Below, piece after piece: positions 1 through 11,269 of a DNA stretch of 45,706 nucleotides (positions are counted from its first letter, which is position 1; each line of letters begins with the position of its first letter). Where the stretch lies: NCBI RefSeq assembly GCF_044704955.1, contig NC_091980.1, positions 104,408,001 to 104,453,706 of the forward strand, read 5' to 3'. The translations under genes and the position numbers were made by a program. The stretch is from Pristiophorus japonicus (lineage: Eukaryota). Below the pieces are notes generated by a model that saw only the letters and a program-made list of their open reading frames with translations, was not told where the DNA came from and searched no databases.

Positions 1-899
1 ATGTGTGAGGAGGACATAAAGAGGATGCAGGAGGACATAGGCAGGCTACGTGAGTGGGCAAGAATTTGGCAGATGGAGTATTATGTTGGAAAGTGTGAGG
101 TCATGCATTTTGGCAGAAAAAAAATCAAAGAGCAAGTTATTATTTAAATGGAGAAAGATTGCAAAGTGCTGCAGTACAGCAGGGCCTGGGGGTACTTGTG
201 CATGAAGCACAAAAGGATAGTATGCAGGTACAGCAAGTGATCAGGAAGGCCAATGGAATCTTGGCCTTTATTGCAAAGGGGATGGAGTATAAAAGTAGGG
301 AATTCTTGTTACAGCTGTACAGGATATTGGTGAGGCCACACCTGGAATACTGCGTGCAGTTTTGGTTTCCATATTAACGAAAGGATATACTTGCTGTGGA
401 GGCAGTTCAGAGAAGGTTCACTAGGTTGATCCCGGGGATGAGGGGGTTGACTTATGAGGAAAGGTTGAGTAGGTTGGGCCTCTACTCATTGGAATTCAGA
501 AGAATGAGGGGCGATCTTATAGAAACGTACAAGATTATGAGGGGGCTTGACAAGGTGGATGCAGAGAGGATGTTTCCACTGGTGGGGGAAACTAGAACTA
601 GAGGGCATGATCTTAGAAAAAGGGGCCGTCTATTTAGAACTGAGATGAGGAGAAATTGCTTCTCTCAGAGGGTTGCAAATCTGTGGAATTTTCTGCCTCA
701 GAGAACTGTGGAAGCTGGGACATTAAATAAATTTAAGACAGAAATGGACAGTTTCTTAAACGATAAGGGGTTATGGGGAGCAGGCAGGGAAGTAGAGCTG
801 AGTCCATGATCAGATCCGCCATGATCTTATTGAATGGCGGAGCAGGCTCGAGGGGCCTTATGGCCTACTCCTGCTGCTATTTCTTATGTTCTTATGTTC
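1..899 (+). mobile_element. CR1-type LINE 3' fragment (family A; RT C-terminus, 3'UTR and microsatellite tail)
   Basis: ORFs 159-377 and 396-809 give the CR1 ORF2 C-terminal motifs LVRPHLEYCVQFW, VQRRFTRLIPG, RRMRGDLIETYKI and TRGH; ends in a TTCTTATG-type tail at ~881-899; contains in-frame stops. Confidence 0.9.
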
Positions 900-1047
900 A
901 AAGGGTATTGGTCGATAGGTGTTTTTGTGGCTGGAAGTATGTTTCCTGTGGGGCTCTGCAGGATCAGTACAAGATCCCTTGCTTTTTGTGGTATATATCA
1001 ATGAATTAGACTTGAATATAGGGGATATGATTAAGAATTTTACAGAT
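900..1047 (+). mobile_element. Degenerate CR1 RT fragment, left part of a LINE interrupted by the Gypsy element
   Basis: Decayed version of the SGVPQGSVLGP..YINDLD..KFAD region, stopping abruptly at the LTR start; CR1 sequence resumes after the 3' LTR. Confidence 0.6.
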
Positions 1048-1244
1048 TGTTATGTATGTATGTAAACCTGTAATTACCATGTCTAACCACCAGAGGGCCT
1101 ATCCTCTGGAGTCCCAAGGGATCCCACAATCTCTTGGGAGCACCTATATATAAGGAGGCACTCTGAGATCTGCAATAAAGGACTACGGTCACACTTACTT
1201 TGAGCTCGCAGTATCTAGTCTGACTCTTAATCCAAGACATAACA
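1048..1244 (+). repeat. 5' LTR (197 bp)
   Basis: Begins TGTTATG and ends CATAACA (terminal inverted repeat); contains TATATAA and AATAAA; followed by a PBS matching, from memory, the 3' end of tRNA-Ser(GCU). Confidence 0.88.
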
Positions 1245-4055
1245 ACTGGCGACGAGATACAGATAACGAACCCCACTGCAGCAATGCAGAGAACTGTGGG
1301 TATCCTGGAGAAATTTTCGAAGGAAGATGATTGGGAAACCTTCGTGGAGCGACTTGACCAATACGAGCTGGAAGGAGAAGCGAACGCTGCCAAACGAAGA
1401 GCGATCTTCTTCACCGTTTTCGGGGCATCAACCTATGGCCTCATGAAAAACATGCTCGCTCCTGCAAAACCCACAGACAAGTCGTACAATGAATTGTGCG
1501 CACTGGTCCGGGAGCATCTAAACCCAAAGGAAGGCATTCTGATGGCGAGGTATCGGTTCTACACATACAAGAGGTCTGAAGGCCAGGAAGTGGTGAGCTA
1601 CGTCGCCGAGCTAAGGCGCCTTGTAGGACATTGCGAATTTGAAGGACACTTGGAGCATATGCTCAGGGACTTCTTTGTACTTGCAATGGCCATGAAGTAA
1701 TACTTCGCAAACTTTTGACTGTAGAGACCCCAACCTTGAGAAAAGCCATAGCGATAGCCCAGGCGTTTATCACCACCAGTGACAATACCAAACAAATTTC
1801 CCAGCACACTAGTGCTGCTGCAAGTACGGTGAACAAAGTAATGTTGTTTTCGAATCGAAATGTACATGACAGGACTTACACACCTGTAGCTGCACGTCCG
1901 CAGATGACTCAGAGTCCGCCATCAAGGGTGGTGAATACAAGGCAATTAACACCTTATTGGCGCTGCGGGGGTGATCATCGATTCCATTCATGCCGCTTCA
2001 AAGGATACGTTTGCAAGGGCTGTAGAACAATGGGACACCTCCAACATATGTGCAGAATTCTTTACTGCATAAAGGAAATTAATGGGTATGGGGTAAAAGC
2101 CAAGAAAATGCCTTTGAGAAATCTAGGAAGCTGTTATGTTCAAATTGCTTGTGTTGTACGATCCATGTAAACGTTTGGTACTTGCATGTGATGCATCGTT
2201 GTACGGGGTCGGGTGTGTATTGCAACAAGCTAATGAATTGGGGAAATTGCAACCGGTTGCTTATGCATCCAGAAGTCTGTCTAAGGCCGAGAGGGCCTAA
2301 AGTATGATCGAAAAAGAAGCGTTAGTGTGTGTTTACGGGGTAAAGGAAATGCATCAATATCTATTCAGGCTGAAATTTGAAGTGGAAACCAACCATAAGC
2401 CGCTTATATCCCTCTTTTCTGAAACTAAAGGGATAAATATGAATGCATCAGCCCGCATCCAGAGATGGGCGCTCACATTGTCCGCATACAACTATGCCAT
2501 CCGCCATAGGCCAGGCACAGAAAACTGTGCCGATGCTCTCAGTAGGTTACCATTGCCCACCACAGGGGTGGAGATGGCACAGCCCGCAGATTTAGTTATG
2601 GTAATGGAAGCATTGGAGAGTGAGCATTCACCTGTTACTGCCCGACAGATTAGAACCTGGACGGCCCTTACGAGCCTTAGTAAAAAACTGTGTGTTCCAC
2701 GGGAGTTGGTCCAGTGGCCCGTTAAGAGACACAGGAAGAAATAAAGCCGTTCCAGCGGCGCAAAGATGAAATATCTATCCAGGCAGACTGCCTCCTCTGG
2801 GGCAATCGGGTAGTTGTGCCAAAAAAGGGCAGGGACACTTTCATTAGTGATCTCCACAGTACCCACCCAGGCATTGTAATGATGAAAGCGATAGCTAGAT
2901 CCCACATGTGGTGACTCGGTATCGATGCAAACTTAAGAGTCCTGTGTGCACAAATGTGATACATGTTCCCAGTTAAGCAATGCACCCAGGGAGGCGCCGC
3001 TAAGTTTATGGTCTTGGCCCTCCAAACCGTGGTCTAGCGTTCATGTCGACTACGCAGGCCCATTCTTGGGAAAAATATTTAGTGGTTGTAGATGCATACT
3101 CCAAATGGATTGAATGTGTGATAATGTCGACAAGCACGTCCGCGGTCACCATTGAAAGCCTACGGGCCATGTTTGCCATGCACGGCCTGCCTGATGCCTT
3201 TGTAAGTGACAATGGGCCCTGTGTTACCAGTGCCAAATTCAAGGAATTCATGACCCGCAATGGGGTCAGACATGTCACGTCTGCCCTGTTTAAGCCAGCG
3301 TCCAACGATCAGGCAGAACGAGCAGTTCAAACAATCAAGCAGAGCTTGAAAAGGGTAACTGAAGGCTCACTGCAGACTTGCTTATCCCGAGTCCTGCTTA
3401 GTTACGCACAAGACCCCACTCGCTCACCGGGGTGCCTCCCGCTGAACTGCTCATGAAAAGGGCACTTAAGACAAGGCTCTCGTTAGTCCACCCTGATTTA
3501 CACAAACAGGTAGAGAGCAGGCGGCTTCAACAGAATACATATCATGATCGCGCAAATGTGTCACGCAAAATTGAAGTAAATGATCTTGTATGTGTGTTGA
3601 ACTATGGACAAGGTCCCAAATGGATTGCTGGCACTGTTTTGGCCAAAGAGGGGAGTAGGGCGTTTGTGGTCAAACTCGCAAATGGACTCACCTGCAGAAC
3701 ACACTTGGACCAAACCAAACTCAGATTCATGGACTATCCAGAACAACCCACAATAGACTCTACCTTTTTCAACCCTCCAACACACACACACACGTGGCAA
3801 CTGGCCCAGTGGTAGATCACGATGCAGAACCCATCACCCGCAGCTGCCCAGCAAGGCTCACCACCCCCAGCAGTCCAGCAAGGCCAGCTGTGCAGCAGCC
3901 CAGCGAAGGCCCAACAAACGACTCACCAACACCAGCATTTGCACCGAGACGATCAACCAGGGAAAGGAAGGCCCCACTCGCTCACCGATCGACTCACATT
4001 GTAAACAGTTACACTATTGACTTGGGGCCGGGGGGGGCAGGGAGGGAAAGAGTGT

Positions 4056-4241
4056 TGTTTTGTATGTATGCAAACCTGTAGTTACCATGTCTAACCACCA
4101 GAGGGCTTAACCCCTGGAGTCACAAGGGATCCCACAATCCCTTGGGAGCACCTGTATATAAGGAGGCCTCACTGGCTGGAGAAGCACTCTGAGATCTGCA
4201 ATAAAGGACTATTGGTCACACTTACTTTGAGCTTGCAGTAT
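4056..4241 (+). repeat. 3' LTR, 3'-truncated
   Basis: Direct repeat of 1048-1214 with about 11 substitutions by hand count and an extra 18 bp (CTCACTGGCTGGAGAAGC); lacks the last ~30 bp and the terminal CA. Confidence 0.85.
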
Positions 4242-4935
4242 ATGATAGAGAAGTATAGAACAAAGGGACCTTGGCGTGCAGGTCCACAGATCCCTGAAGG
4301 TAGCAGGCCAGGTAGAATACGGTGGTGAAGAAGGCATATGGAATACTTGCCTTTATTAGTCAAGACATAGAATACAAGAGCAGGGTGGTTATGCTTCAAC
4401 TCTAAAACGTAAGGCCACAGAATGTGTGCAATTCAGGTCACATCATTACAGGAAAGATGTGGTTGCACTGGAGAGGGTACAGAGGAGATTTACGAGAATG
4501 TTGCCTGGTCTGCAAAATTTTAGCTATGAGGAAAGATTGAATAGGCTGGGTTTGTTTTCCTTGGAACAGAGACGGCTGAGGGGAGAGCTGAGTGATGTGT
4601 ATAAAATTGAGGGGCCTGGATAGAATGGATAGGAAGGACCTATTTCCTATTTGGCAAAGGGGTCAGCAACCAGGGGACATTGATTTAAAGGAAGAGGTAG
4701 GAGGTTTATAGGAGATGAGGGGAAATGTCTTCACCCAGAGTCTGGAACTCAATGCCTGAAAGGATGGTCGAGGCACATTCAAGGGGTGCTTGGATGTGCA
4801 CTTGAAGTACTGTATCCTACTGGGCTACGGACCAAGAGCTGGAAAGTGGGATCAGGCTAGATAGCTGTTTGTCGGCCGGCACGGACACGATGGGCCGAAA
4901 TGGCCTCCTTCCGTGCCGCAAGTTTCTATGACTCT
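4242..4935 (+). mobile_element. CR1 LINE 3' fragment, right part of the Gypsy-interrupted LINE
   Basis: ORF 4426-4623 contains LERVQRRFTRMLPG..SYEERL..LGLFSLEQRRLRG; tail TTCTATGACTCT at ~4923. Confidence 0.85.
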
Positions 4936-5242
4936 GATTGTGCTGCCGACTGACACCGCTCGAGAAGGAAACAGAAACTCTCCGGAGCCCAAAGAGAAGG
5001 ATGACAGACTCTCAAAAATAAACACGAGGGAGGAAAGGGCCAAAGGGCAACTGCTACCCGGGGATTGCTTTATAGCCCCACCACCCTCAAAGCCAGCTGC
5101 CATCGTCATTTTCCGCAGGAGCAATGCCCGATTAAGGTTTCCATTTTGCCTTAAGGTAACATTCCTGCGGAGGAGAAGCTCGTGTTAAAACAAACGGGAG
5201 CGGCGGCACCCGAGGCTCCTCACAGCCCCCGCTTCCACTCAC

Positions 5243-5349
5243 CACTCGATCCGCGGGGCCGCTTTCTTCAACATCTTTCGCTTCAGCTTTTTCCGATCAG
5301 ACTTGTAATTAAACTTCTTCCTCCTGTTTTTCCCTTTTGCTTTCGGCAT
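5243..5349 (-). CDS. NOP16: Nucleolar protein 16, coding exon 1 (remaining exons not seen, presumably left of the window)
   Basis: Minus-strand translation from the ATG at 5349 is MPKAKGKNRRKKFNYKSDRKKLKRKMLKKAAPRIE plus TG, then donor GTGAGT. It matches the recalled NOP16 N-terminus (MPKAKGK.RR.KF.Y...RK.L.R...KAAPRIEC). 107 nt, phase 2; head-to-head with HIGD2A as in human. Not in the ORF track. Confidence 0.93.
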
Positions 5350-5736
5350 CTTCCAGCAAGTTCTAGGCGCGTGTCACGCGGCTCGAACTCAGCAGCGTGT
5401 CTCGTGTCTCACCCCCTCAACTCTGACCTCCGACCTTCGCGGTGAGTCACTGCCACAGTTGCACATTACTATCGAAATAAATCAGATCTATGCTACAAAA
5501 CAGATAATGTACAACGAGTAATCTTCGGAATATTTTTATTTTAATTACTTAAATAATTCAGTTGTGATAAAATACAGTATTAACATAGCAAGCCCCGCCC
5601 TTCACTGTGATTGATAGTTGAAGACTGCCGGTTGGAGGCGAGCTGTTAGCTGTCAATCACAGGCCGAGGCGGCGCCGCCATTTGTGGTCTGTGTCACGTG
5701 TCCTGGGTTCCTGGCTTCCTGGGCTGGAGGAAGAAG
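5350..5736. promoter_or_regulatory. Bidirectional NOP16/HIGD2A promoter and 5' UTRs
   Basis: 387 bp between divergent ATGs with CpG-rich ends; GC box GCCCCGCCC 5592-5600; TGATTGA(C/T)AG pair 5605-5619 and 5648-5662; YY1-like GCCGCCATTT 5674-5683; E-box GTCACGTG 5693-5700; TGAGTCA 5443-5449. Confidence 0.8.
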
Positions 5737-5884
5737 ATGGCGAAGCCGGTGTCTGCGGCCTCGGTGCTCGATATGACGAAGCCTCCGGTCATCGAGGATT
5801 TTACCCCCGTACCCAAACCTAGGGAGGAAGGGTTTCGGGACAAGTTTATTAGGAAAACGAAGGAGAATCCATTCGTGCCGATCG
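5737..5884 (+). CDS. HIGD2A: HIG1 domain family member 2A, coding exon 1
   Basis: AAGATGG start; MAKPVSAASVLDMTKPPVIEDFTPVPKPREEGFRDKFIRKTKENPFVPI plus G, then donor GTGAGT at 5885; PPVIE and F..KF.RKT.ENP.VPIG are HIGD2A hallmarks. Confidence 0.95.
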
Positions 5885-6467
5885 GTGAGTGCTTCACCAT
5901 GACCGGGTCCCTGCAGGGTCAGCGGCTGGAGGTTTATATAACAACTGCATAGAATCACAGAATGGTCCCAACCCCCCTCCCCCTCCCCCTCCCTGTAGCC
6001 CACCAGTTTTTCTTTCTTTCAGGTACTTATCCAACTCCCCTTTGAAAGCAGTGATTGAATCTGCCTCCACCACTCTCTTAGGCAGTGCATTCCAGATCCT
6101 AACCACTCGCTGTGTAATTTTTTTTTCTTAGGTCGCCTTTGGTTCGTTTGCTAATCACCTTAAATCTATCCGCCAATGGGAACAGTTTCTCTCTTAACTA
6201 CTCTTTCTAGACCCCTCGTGATTTTGAACACCTATCAGATCTCCTCTCAATCTTCTCTGTTCTATGGAGAACAACCCCAGTTTCTCCAGTCTATCCATGT
6301 AATTGAAGTCACTTATCCCTGGAATCATTCTCATAAATCTTTTCTGCACCCTCTAAGGCCCTCACATCCTTCCTAAAGTGCAGTACACAGAATTGGACAA
6401 CTCAAGGTGAGGTCGAAACAGTGTTTTATACAGGTTCATCATCATTGCCACACTTTTGTACTCTATA

Positions 6468-7246
6468 CAGGTTGAACCTCTCTTATCCGGCACCATCCCT
6501 CGTCTGGCACCATTCCCAGGTGGCGCATGCACAGATACATTTTTTTCGTACTCCCTAATATTCTCTGCTCTCCTGAAGACGAAGACGGAGACTCCTTCCT
6601 CAGTCTGATTCTGAAGACACTGATTGCCTAAGTGGCTTTGAGAATGGTTATTCAAGTCGGTGGGTGGGGACGAGAGGTTCAACCTGTATTACTAATAAAT
6701 ATATTTTGAATTAAATTATAGATGAAAGCTTGATTTATTTTATTCCCTGCTGCTGTCGGCGCCCCCTCTGGGGTCGGGCCAGCAGGCCGTGTCCTCGGGC
6801 TGGTCGCTCCTCTGCTCCCTGCTGCCGTTGGTGCTCCCTCTGGGGTCGGGCCGGCAGGCTGTGTCCTTGGGCTGGCCGCTCCTCTGCTCCATGCTGCTGT
6901 CGGCACTCCCTCTGGGGTCGGGCCGGCAGGCCATGTCCTTGGGCTGGCCGCTCTTCTGCTCCCTGCTGCTGTCGGCGGCGCTCTCTGGGGTCGGGCCGGT
7001 GGGCCATGTCCTCGGGCTGGCTGATCCTCCCTTCCCCACTGCCCTTGGCGCTCTGCCAAACAAAAAAAAAATACCTCTTCATTACTTTCAATGAGTCTTG
7101 GAGATCACGGCGGGGTTGGTTGGGGATCTCTCTATTGGGGCAGGCAGTTGTAAAAGACAGTCGAACACGTGACCTCCCCTCGTCCAGCAAAATCCCTTAT
7201 CCGGCACAGGCCAGGTCCTGAGGCCAGATAAGGGAGGTTCAACTTG
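6468..7246. mobile_element. Non-autonomous Tc1/mariner (pogo/Tigger-like) DNA transposon or MITE
   Basis: Left TIR CAGGTTGAACCTCTCTTATCCGGC and right TIR GCCAGATAAGGGAGGTTCAACTTG (3 mismatches in 24), TA on both sides (6466-6467, 7247-7248); host CR1 is continuous across it. Confidence 0.82.
6745..7022. repeat. GC-rich 72-bp minisatellite, ~3.8 copies
   Basis: GGGTCGGGCC ends at 6780, 6852, 6924 and 6997 (period 72, 72, 73). Confidence 0.9.
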
Positions 7247-7667
7247 TACCTCTATTATGAAGCCCAGAATCCTGTAAGCTTTTTTAACTGCTTTCTCAAC
7301 CTGCCCTGCCATTTTCAACAATTTGATCACATACACCCCCAGGTCTCTCTGTTCATGCACCCCCTTTAGTTTATATTTTCCCTCCTTATTCTTTCTACTC
7401 ACTTCACACTTTTCTGCGTTAAATTTCCTCTGCTACGTGTCCGCCCATTCCACCTGTCGGTTTTCTTGACGTCTATCACTATCCTCCTCACTATTCAGTA
7501 TACTTCCAAGTTTTGTGTCATCTGCAAATTTTGAAATTGTGCCTTGTACACCCACATCCAAGTCATTAATATGTCAAGAAAAGCAATGGTCCTGGTACCG
7601 ACCCCTGAGGAACACCACTGTATACCTTCTTCCAGTCTGAAAAACAACCGTTTACCACTGCTCACCA

Positions 7668-7919
7668 CTATCCATGTAATTGAAGTCACTTATCCCTGGA
7701 ATCATTCTCATAAATCTTTTCTGCACCCTCTGAGGCCCTCACATCCTTCCTAAAGTGCAGTACACAGAATTGGACACAATACTCAAGGTGAGGTCGAAAC
7801 AGTGTTTTATACAGGTTCATCATCATTGCCACACTTTTGTACTCTATACAGGTTGAACCTCTCTTATCCGGCACCATCCCTCGTCTGGCACCATTCCCAG
7901 GTGGCGCATGCGCAGATAC
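7668..7919 (+). repeat. Near-identical direct copy of 6291-6538
   Basis: CTATCCATGTAATTGAAGTC...GGCGCATGC(A/G)CAGATAC occurs twice; includes the CR1/TIR junction. Confidence 0.9.
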
Positions 7920-8379
7920 TTAGCCAATTTCATAACCATGCTGCCACTGTCCCTTTTATTCCATGGGCCTCAACTTTGATGGCAAGCCTATTACGTGGCA
8001 CTTTGTCGAATGCCTTTTTGGAAATCCATGTACACCACGTCAACCACATTATCCTCATCAACCGTCTCTGTTACCTCATCTAAAAACTCAATCAAGTTGG
8101 TTAAACACGATTAGCCTTTAACAAATCTGCTAGCAAGTGAGTGTTGATTTTGTCCCTGATTATTGTTTCTAAAAGCTTCCCCACCACCAAGCTTAAACTG
8201 ACCGGACGTAGTTCCTTCGTGAAGACAGATGCAAAGTACTCATTTAGTACCTCAGCCATATCCTCTGCCTCCGTGCGTAGGTCTCCTTTTTGGTCCCTAA
8301 TCGGCCCCACCCCTCCTCTTACTACTCGTTTACTATTTATATGCCGATAGACTTTTAGATTCCCTTTTATGTTAGCAGT

Positions 8380-8840
8380 AACTTTTATTTATGTAGCACC
8401 TTTAACATAGTAAAATGGTAGGAATGGTAGCAAACAAAATTTGACCACCAAGCCACATTTGGAGATATTGGGGCAGATGAGAGATTGGCTTTGAGGAGGA
8501 AAGAGGTGGAGAGGTTTATAAAGGGAATTCCAGAGCTTAGGGCCTTGGCAGCTGAGGACATGGCATCCAATGATGGAGTGATTTTAAAATCAGGGATGCA
8601 TTAGAGGCAGTTGGTAGCTAGGGAACAGAGTTTGTGGCGGGGACCGAAGACAATGTCTTCATTTTTTCCAATATGTAGTTGGAGGAAATTTCTGCTCACC
8701 CAGTACTGGATGTCGGTCAAGCAGTCTGACAATTTAGAGACGGTAGTGGTGAAGCAGAGCTGGGTGTTGTCAGCATACATGTGGAAACTGACACTGTTTT
8801 CGGATGATGTTGCCAAGGGGCAGAATGTTGATGAGAAATA
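8380..8840 (-). mobile_element. L2-type LINE fragments
   Basis: Minus ORF 8601-8843 contains SFHMYADNTQL, L.DI..W...NFLQL..GK.E; L2-like 3' end near 8380. Confidence 0.65.
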
Positions 8841-9029
8841 CATGCAATGAAAGAGTTTAGATTACAGGGATTATGTGAAAGTAATAGGGTAATCTCTTTG
8901 GAAAAAGGGCCCATTAAAGTATAATTAATCTTAGAGCAAAAGGAAGGGCTCCGATAATCTAAGGAGTTAAAATTCAGTTTGTCAATATCAAGTCTGCATT
9001 TTTAAATTGAACCATGGTTTGCAGTTGAA

Positions 9030-9240
9030 TTATAGGAACAGGAGTAGGGCATTTACTCCCTTGAGCATGTTCCGCCATTCAGTGAGATCGTGGCTGATCT
9101 GTGACCTAATCTATATATGCGCCTTTGCCCCATATCCCTTAATACGTTTGGTTAACAAACATCTATCAATCTCAGATTTAAAATTAACAATCGACCTAGC
9201 ATAATTTGCAGAAGAGAGTTCCAAACTTGTACCACCCTTT
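9030..9240 (-). mobile_element. CR1 3' UTR fragment
   Basis: ATAGGAACAGGAGTAGGGCATT...CTGATCTG resembles the 3' ends of the other CR1 copies in the window. Confidence 0.6.
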
Positions 9241-10303
9241 GCATACAGTTACACCACACGTTTTTTTTAAATCCCCACACACTGGCACCTTCCACCGTTT
9301 AAGATGTAACTCATTGTAACACCTGTGAGTCCATCTTTTTTTGGTGTGAAGAACGTCATCCTTCTTACGAGGGACTGCATAGAAGAAAACAGTTGACAAT
9401 ATAGAGCTGGAATTGGTTGTTAAAAGTACTGATCGTTCAGTGTTGCGTTTTATTAACTCTTTTAAGTGATCATCACCACTTGATGTTACAATTGTAAAAC
9501 AAAAATAGAATGAAAAGAGCAAATCTCTATACTATACTCTATAAATGAAAACTTTATGCAGGTCAAAAATCTGGATTGTCCTACTCTCAGAATCAAAACT
9601 TAATATCCTATAGATGACTGCAAAAATAGGCCAAATATAAGGCTCCATCTTGAACATTATATTGGTCAGCTGAACTGCAGTGATGAATGGTCAAGTTCAG
9701 TATTGCTGTACATCTAGATGCTATAGAACTTGTTTTGTGATGGCCTTTAGTGAATAACTAGATTTTTAAAAATATTCATTCTAAAATGTGCCCCTGTATG
9801 CTGTTGAGCAATAAAGAAAATTATAACACATCAATTTTAGTGTTCTACTGCCACACAGTGCCAATCCACCAAAACTTGACCAGTGAAGACAGTTGAATTG
9901 GTCAGGTTATACTCCAACCTTGAATAAAAGTTTCTGAGTTAAGTGCCAAATGCTTTGAATAGTGAAAAGTGCTATTGTGTTGTTAAAATAATGTAGACAA
10001 AAGCCGAGGGCCACATATGAACTTCAAAGTCAAGACAACTCTGTCCTATTTGTGCTTATATTTGTGATTTCTTAAATTAGAAAGTTTGGTTTTTGGCACT
10101 GCTGACTCATTAGTGTCAAGGCCTAAATCAGAACATTAAGATTTATTAATAACTTGTTTTTTTCAAATTAATGGGAACACCATTTTAACTTTATATGTAA
10201 TTCCCAAGGCTTCATATGCATGAAGACAAAGCTTGAATGCCCTGGACTAGTTTGTTTTTAAATATAATTTAAGATGAATAATTAAATGTTTTCTTTTTTA
10301 TAG

Positions 10304-10470
10304 GAATGTTGGGTACAGCAGGTGCTCTTACCTATGGTTTGATCGCTTTTAAACATGGAAAGACCCGGCAATCTCAGCTATTAATGCGAGCACGTATCTT
10401 TGCCCAAGGTTTCACTGTTGCTGCTATCTTGGTGGGTGTGGTAGCTACTGCAATGAAGCGCAAGGGATAA
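10304..10470 (+). CDS. HIGD2A: HIG1 domain family member 2A, coding exon 2
   Basis: Acceptor TTTTCTTTTTTATAG; phase-compatible with exon 1; (G)MLGTAGALTYGLIAFKHGKTRQSQLLMRARIFAQGFTVAAILVGVVATAMKRKG*; two hydrophobic segments and the type-2 HIG1 Q-X3-R-X-R-X3-Q motif; total 104 aa. Not in the ORF track. Confidence 0.95.
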
Positions 10471-11263
10471 GTGCATTTTCTACTCTGGCGGTGTTTGTGC
10501 AGGAGCATCTGAATCTGGCAAATGCAAAATAGTGAATGTACAAAGTTTCTTCATGCATCCTTTCTAACAACTGAAGTATGAAAGTGATTGAAACTCACTC
10601 TAGAAATACAATTTCAGCATTCAACCTTCTGGTGTTACCTTTTTTAAATTTAGCGAGTTTCCATTATCAAACCTATTTTTATATGAGCATTGTTGGCTGC
10701 ATTGTTACTGGAAGTTTTTGTTGAAAAGGAAACCCATGCTAACAAAAATGTTGGATTTGTAACAAGGCCAGGACTTCAAATCTTATTATTTCACCGTTCC
10801 CCCTTGCACTTTCTCTGGCCATGCACAATTCACAGACCTTGATGTCGAGCGGGTAAAGTTTTGGCACTTCACCATTGCTGTTTTCTGATTTACCCTGTGG
10901 AGACGTGTCTAGCCCCCACTCTCTTTGCCGAGCTGAGGTTTGGTTTTGCCTTGTCAAGAATTATCGGCTTCCCATGCCAACATGCTCCACTTTATTAAAA
11001 AAAATTGAATAGCACTATGTATAAAAACTGTAATAATCAAAAAAATCTGTTTTGAGTAGCAACCTAACTAAACTGCTTTAATTTAGCACTGTTGGTAACA
11101 GTGCCCACCCAGAATGCCTGTGTACCTTTTTACGATGGCATAATCTTTGGATTTTAGTAGATTATAAAAATGTATTCTGTGAAGTGTTCACGTAATCTTC
11201 AATATGTTGAAATAGGTACTTCAGAAATTCTATAGAAATTGATATTTAAGATATTGCAATGAA

Positions 11264-11269
11264 AATAAA
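11264..11269 (+). terminator. Probable HIGD2A polyadenylation signal
   Basis: First AATAAA I noticed after the stop (~800 nt), followed by T/GT-rich sequence. Confidence 0.5.

Larger units (their letters stand above)
1048..4241 (+). mobile_element. Ty3/Gypsy LTR retrotransposon, defective and internally deleted
   Basis: Paired LTRs; PBS TGGCGACGAG at 1247-1256; gag-like ORF from 1284 with zinc-knuckle-like ...RCGGDH...C..C...GH...C; RNase H (LACDAS..GVG, EKEAL) and integrase (VVVDAYSKW, VSDNGP, AERAVQTIK) fragments in RH-then-IN order; purine tract at ~4029-4052. Confidence 0.92.
5948..8377 (-). mobile_element. CR1 LINE (antisense, HIGD2A intron 1), interrupted by a TIR element and a local duplication
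   Basis: Minus-strand ORF fragments VRIWNALP, LYKTLFRPHLEYCVQF, EQRDLGV, LRPVSLSLVVGKLLETII and MAEVLNEYFASVFT; tail CATAGAATCACAGAAT at 5948. Confidence 0.85.

Noticed and set aside
5698-5952. 84-aa ORF as the full HIGD2A
   Set aside because: Starts at a non-ATG codon and reads through the splice donor at 5885; the real CDS starts at 5737 and splices to 10304.
6745-7022. CRISPR-like periodic repeat
   Set aside because: Tandem units without unique spacers, in eukaryotic DNA, with no cas genes.
6679-7221. Several overlapping 100-160 aa repetitive ORFs on both strands
   Set aside because: By-product of a GC-rich 72-bp (multiple of 3) minisatellite inside a TIR element; no gene context.
11090-11112. 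CAGTGC as an iron-responsive element loop
   Set aside because: Flanks do not form the five-pair upper stem with a bulged C.
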